64,000 bases of DNA from Octopus sinensis (lineage: Eukaryota), in assembly GCF_006345805.1 (NCBI RefSeq), contig NC_042998.1, positions 152,086,001-152,150,000 on the forward strand, written 5' to 3'. Position 1 is the stretch's first letter, and every line of letters begins with the position of its first letter. A program made the position numbers and the translations under genes. Positions 12,700 to 24,841 of the stretch are shown piece after piece. Under the pieces are notes generated by a model, which saw nothing but the letters and a program-made list of their open reading frames with translations, was not told where the DNA came from and did not search any database.

Positions 12700-13390
12700 C
12701 AAAGGAGCGAAGAGAGAAGATTAATCCTTGCTCACGGCGAAGACGGGAGTCCGGATGGCCCCTGTGCAAGGACAATCCGAACACAGGTGTTGTAAAGAAT
12801 AACCGGTAGAGCGGAAATGGTGTGAGACCGAAGTGTTGTTACCGAGTCTGATGTTTCCGAGGTGATCCGCGAACTGGTCAGCCGATCGGCGTCCCATTAG
12901 ACCGATGTATAGAGAAGGACAGAGAGAGTAGGAGATGCAGTAGATGACGTTGCTAGAAGTGCAGGTGAAGGACGATGATGGGTGCCTGTGAGGAGGGTGG
13001 TGTTAGAGAGGTAAGGGCAAGTGCGACAGCATGGGTGAGAGCAGGAGAACGAGCCGGGTTGGGAGGTAGGATTAGGGAAGAAGCTGTGGACCAAGAGGTC
13101 GTGTAGGTTATGGGCTCATTTGAAGGAGGGAAGGAATCGGTTAGGGAAGATGTGCGAAGTGGGGAGTCAGACTGGGGTCGCCGGAAGGCTTGGAGAATGG
13201 TGCGTTGGAGAGGTAGGTTGGTGGGGTGGTAGGTAAGGGGAAACGGGAGACGGGTGACGGCGATGAGGATGCGGAGGAGAGAGCAGATGCACGGTCCATG
13301 GGACGTACTCTGGCAAGGGCGGTGTGCATGATAGTGAGGGGATATCCACGTAGGATGAGTTGATACTGAGTCTCAGTCATGGTAGTCACT
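12700..13390 (-). mobile_element. Degenerate PLE C-terminal (thumb to GIY-YIG) remnant
   Basis: QLILRGYP...ALARVR, CSHPCCRTCPYL, then (frameshifted) CTSSNVIYCISYSLCPSLYIGLMGRRSADQFADH. Confidence 0.75.
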
Positions 13391-14118
13391 GCAGAGCCTG
13401 ATTAGATGAAATATATTATATTATTTTCTATATTATACAATCCTATCTATATTTCTCTATTTGGCTCTGTATATATAAGTTGTAGCCTGCGTTGAGCGTA
13501 TATTTCGCTAAGTCTGCGTTAACTGATGTTTGAAGTTGTTGACAAAGGAATTAGGGAGCCTCTCTCCTTTCTATTCCTTTGTCGTCATACAGCAAACATT
13601 GATAGCACAACTCGGCACACACTGACACATTCTCATAAGCATACGCAGAAACGTTTTTATGTTGCACATGCACAGAAATATATCTAGATAGATAAATACA
13701 TATACATAGATATAAACATAAGTACATAGTACTTGACGGCGTGATATCCCAAGTGCGTGATGACACCCCTACGTAATCGTAAATAAAACTTAAGGTTACA
13801 GTAAGAACTCAAATTCGACCTACAAAATGCACGCATGACAAAAACTATTGAAAATTGTCAGTAGTTAATCAAACATGGACGATTTCATCTGATATCACAA
13901 TATTCTCGTGATCCTTTACCATCTATACAAACCGCCACTAATATCATTTCATTTAGGAGATGAGACCGAGGATAGAGGAGATGTAAACTTAAAAGCGTTA
14001 GAGTTTCGACCTAGAAATAAGAAATAGAAAACAGCAATGTCATCAATGTACATGTTTTCAAGAAAACACACACATACACTCTCACTCTCTCACTCTCTCT
14101 CCCCTCTCTCTCCCTCCC

Positions 14119-14149
<31 letters not shown>

Positions 14150-14372
14150 GCGAGAGAGAGAGAGAGAGAGAAAGAAAGAAACAACTTATTTTAAATCTTT
14201 GAGCGAGAGATATACAGTAACAGTACTGGATTATATGCCAACAGATTATATGCCAACAGAATATGGCAGTCCTATATAGGACGATGTTATTGTTGTTTTA
14301 GCCCCTTGAAAAGACGTTTTTATGGTACTAAAACAACAGTAACATCATTCTTTATAGGACTTCCACATACTC

Positions 14373-14414
14373 TTGGCATATAAACTTTACTATATATATA
14401 TATATATATATAGC

Positions 14415-14445
<31 letters not shown>

Positions 14446-15583
14446 TACACGCATACACACATACACACACACATACATACATACATACATACATACATAC
14501 ACACACACTTACACACATACACACATACATACATACATACAATCACACATACACACACATACATACATACATACACACATACATACACGCACACACACAT
14601 ACACACATACAAATACACATACACACATACACATACTTACATACACGCATACGGACATACATACACACAGACATACACACATACACACTCACACATACAT
14701 ACATACATACACACACATATACCTATATACACACTCGCATGCACACGCGCACACATGCATGCGCGCGCGCACGCACACATACATACATGCATGCACGCAT
14801 GCCTGTGGGATCTGGCTTTATTTCGGGCGGACGTCGGAGCGTGTGCGTGTGTGTGCCTGTAGATTCGCATGCGCCCGCACCGCAAGAGTCTTTTCCATCA
14901 ATCTTTCAGTTGCGAAGTGTGTCCTTGCATGCATATATATACACACATATAACATATAAACACACATATAAACCCCTACATTTGTACACACACGCACATA
15001 CATACATACAACATATACCCCCACGCGCACGCACACATACATATACGTACACACATATAAGCACAGACACACATATACATACGCACACCAAAACATGCGC
15101 ACACCCACGCACCCACACGCGCAAAAAGAAACTCACAACCTCACGGATACACGCATATACATCCATTTACGCTTACACACACACACATACAAACGCACAC
15201 ATACACGCACACACAACTACACGCACATACATACACACGCACACGCACACACACACAAATTAACCCACACATACATCCCATACGGCGCACAACCATACAT
15301 ACACGCACACACATACATACACGCACACAATCATACATACGTATATATACACACACACGCACGTACAAGCACACACACACATACACTAAGTTAAGCACAG
15401 TTACTCGCCATACACACAAAAAACGCACACGTACACACACACACACTACAACAAAACACACACACGATACATATACACGCACACACACATACCTCCCTGT
15501 TTCTGACCTGCCTTTCTGACTTGCTAGGGTACCCCCACACCACTCCTTAATTCTACTACTGCCTGCTACTAGCCATTGTCCAC

Positions 15584-15644
<61 letters not shown>

Positions 15645-15690
15645 ACTCACACACACACACAGACACACTCACACACACACACTTGTCATC
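14373..15690. repeat. Compound (CA)n/(TACA)n microsatellite block
   Basis: Directly visible; explains the H/T/Y-rich ORFs. Confidence 0.9.
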
Positions 15691-15854
15691 TCGCACACCT
15701 TTTTTACCATTCCTTCTTTGATATAGCTCTCTTGTTTTTAAAAACATCTTCCTCCATTTTTACCACTTCCGTCTTATTAGTATGTGAACTCGTGAATACC
15801 ACCAGCGATTTTTTTCCCTCTGTCCTCCCGTCTCGGGATCTTTCTTTCTCCTAT

Positions 15855-15889
15855 GTTTCCGACGAAGAGCTCCGCTCGAAAAGTCAAGC
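15855..15889 (+). ncRNA. Degenerate minimal hammerhead-like motif (probable PLE 3' end remnant)
   Basis: GTTT-CCGACGA-A-GAGC/GCTC-GAAA-AG-TC-AAGC; extra A after the core and a mutated stem III. Confidence 0.35.
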
Positions 15890-15981
15890 CCTCCTTCTTC
15901 CCTTCTTTCCTGAGCGTCCAATAATACTTTATTTGTTCCACATCCTTGCGTTGTTGTCTTTTTGTTTTCTTGTTTGGATTA

Positions 15982-16012
<31 letters not shown>

Positions 16013-16365
16013 GACCTATAGATATGTACTAGTGTGTTTGTGGTTGTGTGTGCCTGTGCGTCCGTGTGTGTGCGCGCGTGAATGTGTTTATATATATATA
16101 TATATAAACACATTCACGCGCGCGCACACAAGCACGCACAGGCACACACAACCACAAACACACAACACACTAGTACATATCTATAGGTCATACAACAAGA
16201 AAATAATCAACATTTTGTGTGTTAGTAAGGATATATATATATATAAAAAATTTTAAATAGTAAGGCTGAAAAATTGAATATTAATTTGATTAATATCACT
16301 TTAAAACCAGTGGTCTAACATATTGAAAAATCTGAAGTTTCAGAAAAAATTATATTACATACATA

Positions 16366-16709
16366 TAAGGGGGATGACCTGTAAGTGGACATCCATTATG
16401 CTGGAAGAAGATCCGCTATGGTCCTCCCACTAAGAAAGGAATGTTCTCAAGAAAATTTAGCAAACGCCAGAACGTAAGCAAGCAAGACAAATGAAAAGAT
16501 ACAAAATATAGATTAATCACAAACCAGGTTACGTTGTTATCGCTTACGTAATCATTTACGTAATTGTCAGTAACTCATCAGTGTGATCGTCTTCGCAAAT
16601 ATAATTTGAACAACTATACACGAGACGTGTATAGTCCCCTATCCTCGGTCTCATCTCCTAAATCAAGATGATAGAATAAAGGGTGCCCACTTACAGGTCA
16701 TCCCTCTTA
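16366..16709. mobile_element. MITE with ~29-bp terminal inverted repeats flanked by TA (Tc1/mariner-type)
   Basis: TAAGGGGGATGACCTGTAAGTGGACATCC (16366-16394) vs GGGTGCCCACTTACAGGTCATCCCTCTTA (16681-16709); TA on both sides. An internal ~30-nt stretch also occurs inverted near 13951. Confidence 0.8.
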
Positions 16710-16828
16710 TATGTATGTATGTATATGTATATACTATTACTATTCATGAATAATACAATAAAAAATTGGAAATAGTTCAAATATACTCAAATCCATTATA
16801 TAAACTAATTATACTAATATCTATAGAA

Positions 16829-16872
<44 letters not shown>

Positions 16873-16876
16873 CACG

Positions 16877-18123
16877 CAGTGGTTGGACAAAATAATGGAA
16901 GCACATACCATCATGGCATCATAATTTTGAAATAACTATAAAACTGTCAAAAGCATGTTTATTTTTATGCTTTTTTATTTATTATTAGTGTTGCTTAATA
17001 TGTTATTCTAATATTGCTGTTTCTTTTCAGATATCATCAGAAAAAGGTAATTAAAATTCATTAAAATGACAGATCTACCGGACATACAAAGAGATCAAAT
17101 TGTTGGTGCTCCTATGGCAGGCGCTGGCGTAAGGAAAACAGCCGAAATGTGTGATGTATCACGAAGTACTGTCTCGGAAGTAATGATAGACTTTGAGAAA
17201 GAGGGAAAAACCTCGTCGAAGCAAAACTCTGGAAGAAAACCAAAATTTTCAGATAGGGACCATTGGGCTCTTAGCGAATTGTTAGAAAGGATCACAAACG
17301 TGCAGCTCCCAAAATTACTGCAGAGCTTAATGACCACCTCGAGAACCCAATTTCTACAAAAACTATTCTCTAGGAGCTGCACAAAACCGGATTTCACGGG
17401 AGGGCTGCAATCAGAAAACAACTACTTTCAAAAACAAACCTTGCAAAACGTTTAGAGTGGAGTAAAAACCTACGGAATTGGTCCCTCGAGCAGTGGAAGA
17501 ATGTTATTTCCTCGGATGAGTCGTCCTTTACCTTATTTCCGACCACCGGCCGAGTATACGCGTGGAGACAGCCAAAAGAAGAATTTAACCCACATTGCCT
17601 TCTTCCAACTGTTTAACATGGAGAAGGATTTGTGATGATCTGCGAGCTATATCTTGGAAATCGGTCGGCCCAATTGTTTCCCTTCATGATAGAATTAACA
17701 GCCAAGATTATTTAAGCATTTTATCTGATCAAATCCATCCTATGGTTGCGGAACTGTTTCCGGAGGGAAACAATCTTTCAGAATGATAATGTAGCGATTC
17801 ACACAGTTAAAGTTGTTACTGAATGGCACGAGGAACATTCTAGAGAAGTTGAACATCTCATCTGGCCACCACAGTCCCCACATCTCAATGTTATTGAACA
17901 ATTACGATGCATTTGCGAAAAACAAGTAAGGAGTCGATATCCTCCACCATCATCACTACAAGAACTGGAGAGTGTTTTAGCTGAAGAATGGACAAAAATT
18001 CCTCTGTATTAATCCATAGCTCGTAGAATTCAAGCTGTAATTACTTTCAAAGGCGTCCTACCCCATCATAAAATAAATTTCTTTGAAAATATTAGGTGTT
18101 TCCATAAATTTTTCCAACCTCTG
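16877..18123 (+). mobile_element. Tc1-like DNA transposon, near full length, transposase pseudogene (17066-18010), DD36E spacing
   Basis: TIRs CAGTGGTTGGACAAAATAATGGAA / TTCCATAAATTTTTCCAACCTCTG followed by TA. HTH region, SGRKPK, SDES, FQNDN...WPPQSPHLNVIE with 36 codons between D and E. Confidence 0.92.
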
Positions 18124-18133
18124 TATATATATG

Positions 18134-18178
<45 letters not shown>

Positions 18179-18336
18179 CATTAAAAAACCCACCTTCTAT
18201 CAATTCAAAAGGAACAATTAAACTACACCATCTAGAACACTACATATAATAGAAGTATTAAAATTATAATAACAATAAAATATCAATGATTGAGTAAATT
18301 GCAAAAAAATTATAAAAACGTATGTAATTGGTAGAA

Positions 18337-18425
18337 TAACGACACGTGTTTCGTGGCTATATTTAAGAAATGATTATAGTAGTAGTAAAATCACTTCGAT
18401 TTTAATAAAGCCACTCATCAGTTTA
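18337..18425 (-). ncRNA. Hammerhead ribozyme motif at PLE 3' end
   Basis: CTGATGA-GTGGCT...AGCCAC-GAAA-CACGTG-TC; palindromic stem III; stem I weak (TAA/TTA). Confidence 0.55.
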
Positions 18426-18491
18426 AAATCAAAGTAGAATAATAAAATAATTAATTAATAAATATACTTTAATATATATATATATATATAT

Positions 18492-18790
18492 GGAGGCGCA
18501 ATGGCCCAGTGGTTTGGGCAGCGGACTCGCGGTTTCGTTTCCCAGACCGAGTGTTGTGAGTGTTTATTGAGCGAAAACGCCTAAAGCTCCACGAGGCTCC
18601 GGCAGGGGGTGGTGGCGGTCCCTGCTGTACTCTTTCGCTACAACTTTCTCTCACTCTTTCTTCTGTTAGCCTGGTCGCCTAGCCAGTGGGGTGGCGTCAT
18701 TTGAAGGCTAAAACAATGCGAAGCGCATTGTGACCAGCGATATGTAGCAACATCTGATAGCCTGGTCGGTCACAGTGATCACGGTGATAT
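18492..18790 (+). mobile_element. tRNA-derived SINE (family C) inserted into the PLE 3' end
   Basis: A box TGGCCCAGTGG and B-box-like GGTTTCGTTTCC; flanked by (TA)n; absent from the inverted copy at 22745-22790. Confidence 0.8.
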
Positions 18791-19111
18791 ATATATACAA
18801 ATACTAAAGATACATAAGTGAAAACTAAAACAATACTTAAATTATTAACTAATTTAAAATTAATTAAAATAAGAAACGGTTCAAATATAGTCAAACTCAT
18901 TAAAAAAGCTAACTATATAATTAATATACATGCGTAGTATCTATAGATTTAATGTGTCAATCTATAACATAGTTGACTAAATATCAATTAATATAATACC
19001 TAATTAACTTAAGATTTAATATTACATAATAAATATACCACCTAATAATTAAATAATATATTGTGTAACGAAATTGATTTTCAAATTAAATTAAATGTAA
19101 CCCGTTAGATC

Positions 19112-19157
<46 letters not shown>

Positions 19158-21263
19158 GATCTAACGTATTACATTTAATTTAATTTAATATATATATATC
19201 TATATATTTAAAAAAAGCTAAATATATAGATATAAGAATTAATATCTATCGTAACTTATATCTATCAATATATATATATATAAAAGATATAATGGCGAGA
19301 ATTATTTGTTAATGGAAAGTAAGAAAAACCTTTCAGCCCCAAATTAAAGAAAGTTGCAAACGTTCTTTAGAACTAATGAACAATACACTATGAAGATTTA
19401 CAATCACCATCACTAGTCCTCTACAAAAATTTTCAGCCCCAAATTAAAGAAAGTTGCAAACGTTCTTTAGAACTAATGAACAATACACTATGAAGATTTA
19501 CAATCACAATCACCAGTCCTCTACAAAACCAATCAATAACAATAATAATAATAACAACGATCAAACTCAAAATAATAACAATAATAATATTGATAGACAA
19601 ATTAAGTTACTAAGTTCAACGATTAAACTAATCTATCTGGATTTTAAATGTATTAATGTGTTTAGCGTCTAATTAATATACCCAATACTATTACTATTCA
19701 TGAATAATACAATCAAAAATTGGAAATAGTTCAAATATACTCAAATCCATTATATAAACTAATTATACTAATATCTATGTATAATATCTATAGAATTAAT
19801 ATATCACACGATAAAAAAGTTAAACATAAAATTGATATTAAAATAAAAACTAGTTTACTTAAATATAATACAACTAAATAAAAATATAATCTAATTATTA
19901 AAAGAAATATAGTCTAATAAAACTAATTCTCAAATTAGATATGTAAAACGTTAAATTCCTATATAAGAATTAAAAGATATCATATCCAATATCGAACGTA
20001 AAAAATTACTTTCAAGAACAATAATAATTACTTACAACAACAATAATAATAATAATTTCAAACACAAAACGATTCCAAATTCAAATGAAATAGATAAACG
20101 ATAAAATGTCAAACTTATCTTTGCGAAGCAAAAAAGAAACTGAATTTTAAACAAAATAGTTAAAGCGTTTATAAAATTTATCGAGTGGAGACTTAGTGCA
20201 AAGAAATAGAATAAATACTCAATGAAAATGGCAAATCTTTTATCAATGAAAAATACGAAAAAAAAAAAACGAAAAACATTAAAGCCTCATGAACTAAAGA
20301 AATGTGAGAAAATACACAACTTATGGAGAAACTAGCATGAACACACCTAGCTTAAACTGACAGACACCTATTAATATATCAATAACAATATTAACAACAG
20401 CTAAATATTAATCCCAAAACAGTACAACATCCAAAAGAAATAGAGAAAAGAACGTTGCTTAGTTAGTTGAAAAAATATCACTAGATTATAAACGTAAAGA
20501 ATAGTTCTTAGCGTCTATAAGAAATAAAACTCGTGGAGACGTTGCATGGAAAAATAGAATAAAAATTATTAATGAAAAAGGCTAAAAGGAATTTATTAAT
20601 GAAAATACGGCAATTATCTAAGCTTCATGATTCAAAGAAAACTAATAAAACTAATAAATATAGTAAAAATAGTATATTAAGTATTACTTGTTCATCAAAA
20701 CTATCCGGATCCTACAACAAGCCGTACGCGATTATAAATATTATTATCATTATTATTATAATTATAAGCATAATTATTATCATTATTAATATCATTATAA
20801 ATTATTACCATCACTACCAAAACCCAAACTACAACAAACCGCCAACTAACGCCAAATTTATTCACAGCCGACTACCCCCCTAACATTCAATCATTCGCAT
20901 AGTCTCCAACACATGAAGCCCAAAACTCATCTCAAACTCACCATCAACACATATCATTCGTCATTTTGTTTAAAATATTAATATAACATATAATAAAACA
21001 GTAAAAATTCTCTAATACTATTAAATAATATCTACAATAAATAAATAAGCCACATAAGACGAAATAAGGTTTAATAATACTAAAGATATGTTAAATGTAA
21101 TATATAAGTACATAAAATTAATATAGCATTTAATTTAAATGACTATTTACTATAAATTTAAAGTCTAAAAAATAAGTAATCAAATCAAATACATATATAT
21201 TATGTTGAGATTAATTTATATTACTATAATAAATATTTATTTAAAAATAAAATTATTTATTTA

Positions 21264-21902
21264 TTAGCTAAAGCTATTATAAAGGTACTTTAATTTATGT
21301 TTACATTTAATTCTACGTTCGTCGAAAGAGTTTATTAACGCACAATTGTTATGAAATAATATTTCCTTAAATTCGTTATTACAAAGAGAACAATTATTAC
21401 TCCCTATAGTATATGATTTGGCCCTACAAATAATATCCCAATTTAATTTATATTTAATAGATCTATATTTAAAGTCCCAAATATATTTACTGAGACCTGT
21501 TGAATTTATAAGATTTTTATTCCTAAAAGAATACATATGTTGGGAAATTCTAGTTTTAATTTTATGCGAAGTAGACCCTATATAAATAGTATTTAGATTA
21601 CGATAATTCAAATTCTTATCATCTATGATAGTTACCCTACACCTATAGACTACATTATCTAAATTACAATAATTTTTCAATTTACATGTAGACTTGTCCC
21701 TACATGTACAATAAATCAACTCTTGGTCTTTATTATTATAATTAGAATTAATATTTAATCTGTCTTTATAAAATTTCTTTAATTTAAAAATATTACATGA
21801 GGAAATAATATTACCAACATTATTAATAGTTGAATAACCTACTCCCAAATTATCTTTAGAAAAAAATATAATATTTTTTATTATCCCTAATAAATACTTC
21901 AA
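21264..21902 (-). pseudogene. PLE GIY-YIG endonuclease domain remnant (212 aa open)
   Basis: CTCRDKSTCKLKNYC..NVVYRCRV...IYIGST...KTRISQHMYSF...TGLSKYIW..K...WDII..A.SY....CSLC. Confidence 0.85.
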
Positions 21903-22739
21903 TTATATTTAAAATCTTTTTTATAAGATTTGTTTTAACCTGAACCCCAAAAGGAATGATTAACCAAATTTTATTTTTATTTATATCTTTCATATTATGA
22001 TTATAAATAATAATATTATTATTATGGTTACTATCATTATAATTATAATTATTATTATTATAACTATCATTATTATTACTATAGTTATTTGTAATATTAT
22101 TAAATTATTATCTTCATTAATTGAATTAAATTTAATCTTATTTTATTTATATTTTTATTTTTATTATTATTACTATACTTTTATTTTTTATTGTAATATT
22201 AAATTTATGCTTTACATCATCAAAATTCCTATTATTATTAAGACGATAAGTACCTAAATAAGATTTATCATAATTCAGATAATTAGGTTTATCATTATAA
22301 AAATCATTAAAACTATTATCTTTTAAATTATAATTACGTTTACAAATATTAAAGAATTTAATATTATTATTGTATCCAGCCTCAATCAGGGCTTTATTAT
22401 AATAAGGTGCATATTTATTAAAAGTCTCTAAATCATAAGAAAGTAAGGATATTCTTTTACCTACATTATTTATCGACGATTTTTTAACAGAAGGTGGATG
22501 ATTACTATAAGCATTAATATATCTAAGATTTTCATTAATTTTACGAAATGGTTGGGTTTTACCCGTTATTAAATTAAAATTAACATCCGAATAATTAACA
22601 TTATAGTTCTCATTATAAATAGTAACACTTAAACTATTTGATTACAATATAATGACTTGTACTAGCATTGTGTATTTTAATTAATTTTAAAGTATTAAAT
22701 AATTTAAGTATTGTTTTAGTTTTCACTTATGTATCTTTA

Positions 22740-22784
<45 letters not shown>

Positions 22785-22825
22785 TATATTTATTAATTAA
22801 TTATTTTATTATTCTAGTTTATTTT

Positions 22826-22914
22826 TAAACTGATGAGTGGCTATATTTATATCGAAGTGATTTTACTACTACTATAATCATTTCTTAAATATAGCCACGA
22901 AACACGTGTCGTTA
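22826..22914 (+). ncRNA. Hammerhead ribozyme motif in the inverted PLE 3' end copy
   Basis: CTGATGA (22830-36), perfect 13-bp stem II GTGGCTATATTTA/TAAATATAGCCAC, GAAA, palindrome ACACGTGT, GTC cleavage triplet; stem I has a mismatch next to the core. Confidence 0.6.
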
Positions 22915-23162
22915 TTCTACCAATTACATACGTTTTTTTTGCACCTTACTCAATCATTGATATTTTATTGTTATTATAATTTTAATATTTCTATTATAGG
23001 TAATTTTTTAGATTGTGTAATTTAATTGTTCCTTTTGAATTGATAAATGGTGGGTTGTTTTCTAATTTTTATGTATATATTATATTGTGTGAAATTTGAT
23101 TTAGTATTTCTAAATTGAATTTTTTCCCTGTAAGTTTGGATTAATATACCCTCAAATAATTA

Positions 23163-23205
<43 letters not shown>

Positions 23206-23234
23206 CGAGAAAGAAGCAACAAGAATGGATTAGT

Positions 23235-23325
23235 TTTTAGTACAATTGTTTCATACAAAGACAGGCTTTATTACAAGTTGCAAAAATTGCAGCAGATAAA
23301 AGTGTCCCGTACTCATCAGCTAAAA
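23235..23325 (-). ncRNA. Minimal type I hammerhead ribozyme, canonical core
   Basis: Stem I TTTTAG/CTAAAA, CTGATGA, extended stem II (GTACGGGACA...TGTCTTTGTAT, with G-U pairs), GAAA, palindromic stem III ACAATTGT, GTA cleavage triplet. Confidence 0.8.
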
Positions 23326-24841
23326 TACATATGAGTTCTCCAAACATCTTAGTGGGTCAGGTTATACTCATGAAATATTGGAGATAATTCTATTAAAGGC
23401 AGATATAGGTTGCAAACAGATTTCCAAAGTTCCTTAATGATGATGCACAGTCTTATCACAGATTTTTAAAAGCTTATTAGTTTCAAAGAGAAGATGAGTT
23501 AATCCGTAGTGTAGATTTAAATTTCCAAAGATATGAGGAGGAGGATGCACAGACTTATCACAGGTTTTTAAAAGCTTATTAGCTTCACAGAAAAGGTAAA
23601 TTAATCCGTAGTGAAGATTTAAATTTCCAGCGATATGAGGAGGAATTTCATACTCACAGACGATGAACTTAACCGTTGTTAATCCACAATCATTTCATGC
23701 TATATGATAAGGTAATTTGTCACATTACTGCTCTCCGTGCAAAACTGCTATGTTAAGATTTCTAAAAGCTGAAGGAATTTATTCGTGGGGCAAAGAAAAT
23801 AAAAGAAAAGAAAAAAAAAGAGACAGGGAAAAAAGAAAAAGAAGAAGAAGAAGAAAGAAGGAAAAGAAAAAGAAAAAGAAAAAAGAAAAAAGAAAGAGAA
23901 AAGGGGGAGAAGGATAGAAAAGAAAAAGAAAAAGAAAAAGAAAAAGGAAAAGAAAAAGAATAAAGGGGAAGAGAGAGAAAAGAAAAGGCGCCTATATAGA
24001 GTATACTGCGACAACTTAGAGGGAGGGGTTCTAAAGTGACCAAATACAGAAGAATTTGTAGACAACTTAGTTAGCTTGAATCTGTAAGAATTCAGGAACT
24101 ATGAGGAGAAAATTATTTTTTTGACCAATAAACAGCTATTTACTATCAACCTGACGCAGATGAAAGCAGATATGAATCTAAAGAGAATTTAAAGAGATAA
24201 ACAAGGTCAGGGGTAGAGGGGTCAAAAGCTATCGTCAAAAGGAAATACATTAAGAGAAAAGATCTAAGTGCACCCTAACCAGAGGTCATTTAAATTATTT
24301 ATTTATTCCTGTTACTGTCTTAAAATTGTTGCCGTTACTATCAATACATTAACAGACTACCGGTCAAAACTTAGAATTTGATTAACAAGGTGTGATGGAA
24401 TTGTCTATTATATTGAAGTTTATCATGCTACTTTCAAGGGAGTATCTTCACTTATTTAATTTTGTAATAGAATTGTTAAGCCTTAGTAACTTAATTTATT
24501 AAAGTTGTGTTACCTAAACTAGATTAAGTTCTAAAATTAAAAATTTAAAAATTAAGATTTAAGAATTAAATAAAATAAACTCTCATTTAAGCAATGTACG
24601 AGTACTATTTATTTCCCAATGCTCAAAATCAGGTGCAGTTATAAAGAAAAAGATAACTATAGTGTGAGAACTCGCAGTTATCTACTTAAAAGTAATGTTA
24701 TACTAGTAAAAACCCCGTTATATTTATCTACCTATCTTGTTACGATTATTCTATACAGTTATTCATTTAAAATATTTTAGAGTCTTCAATTTAGCGTGGA
24801 CACAAACTTGTCCTACTTCAATATGGTTATTTAACAAGCTT

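Larger units (their letters stand above)
18178..23075 (-). mobile_element. AT-rich PLE (Neptune-like EN), 5'-truncated, with an inverted copy of its 3' end (22690-23075) at the truncated end
   Basis: RT-thumb remnant 22335-22650 (NYSDVNF...YINAYSNHPPSV...APYYNKALIEAGY) and GIY-YIG ORF 21264-21902. 18178-18470 plus 18800-18860 are the reverse complement of 22690-23075. Confidence 0.8.

Noticed and set aside
13530-13590. Hairpin GACAAAGGAAT...ATTCCTTTGTC next to TGACGA, hammerhead-like
   Set aside because: No GAAA or stem III on either strand.
14286-14348. 19-bp inverted repeat ending ...ATGG-TA-CTAAAA like the hammerhead stem I junctions
   Set aside because: Catalytic core not recognisable; at most a heavily decayed remnant.
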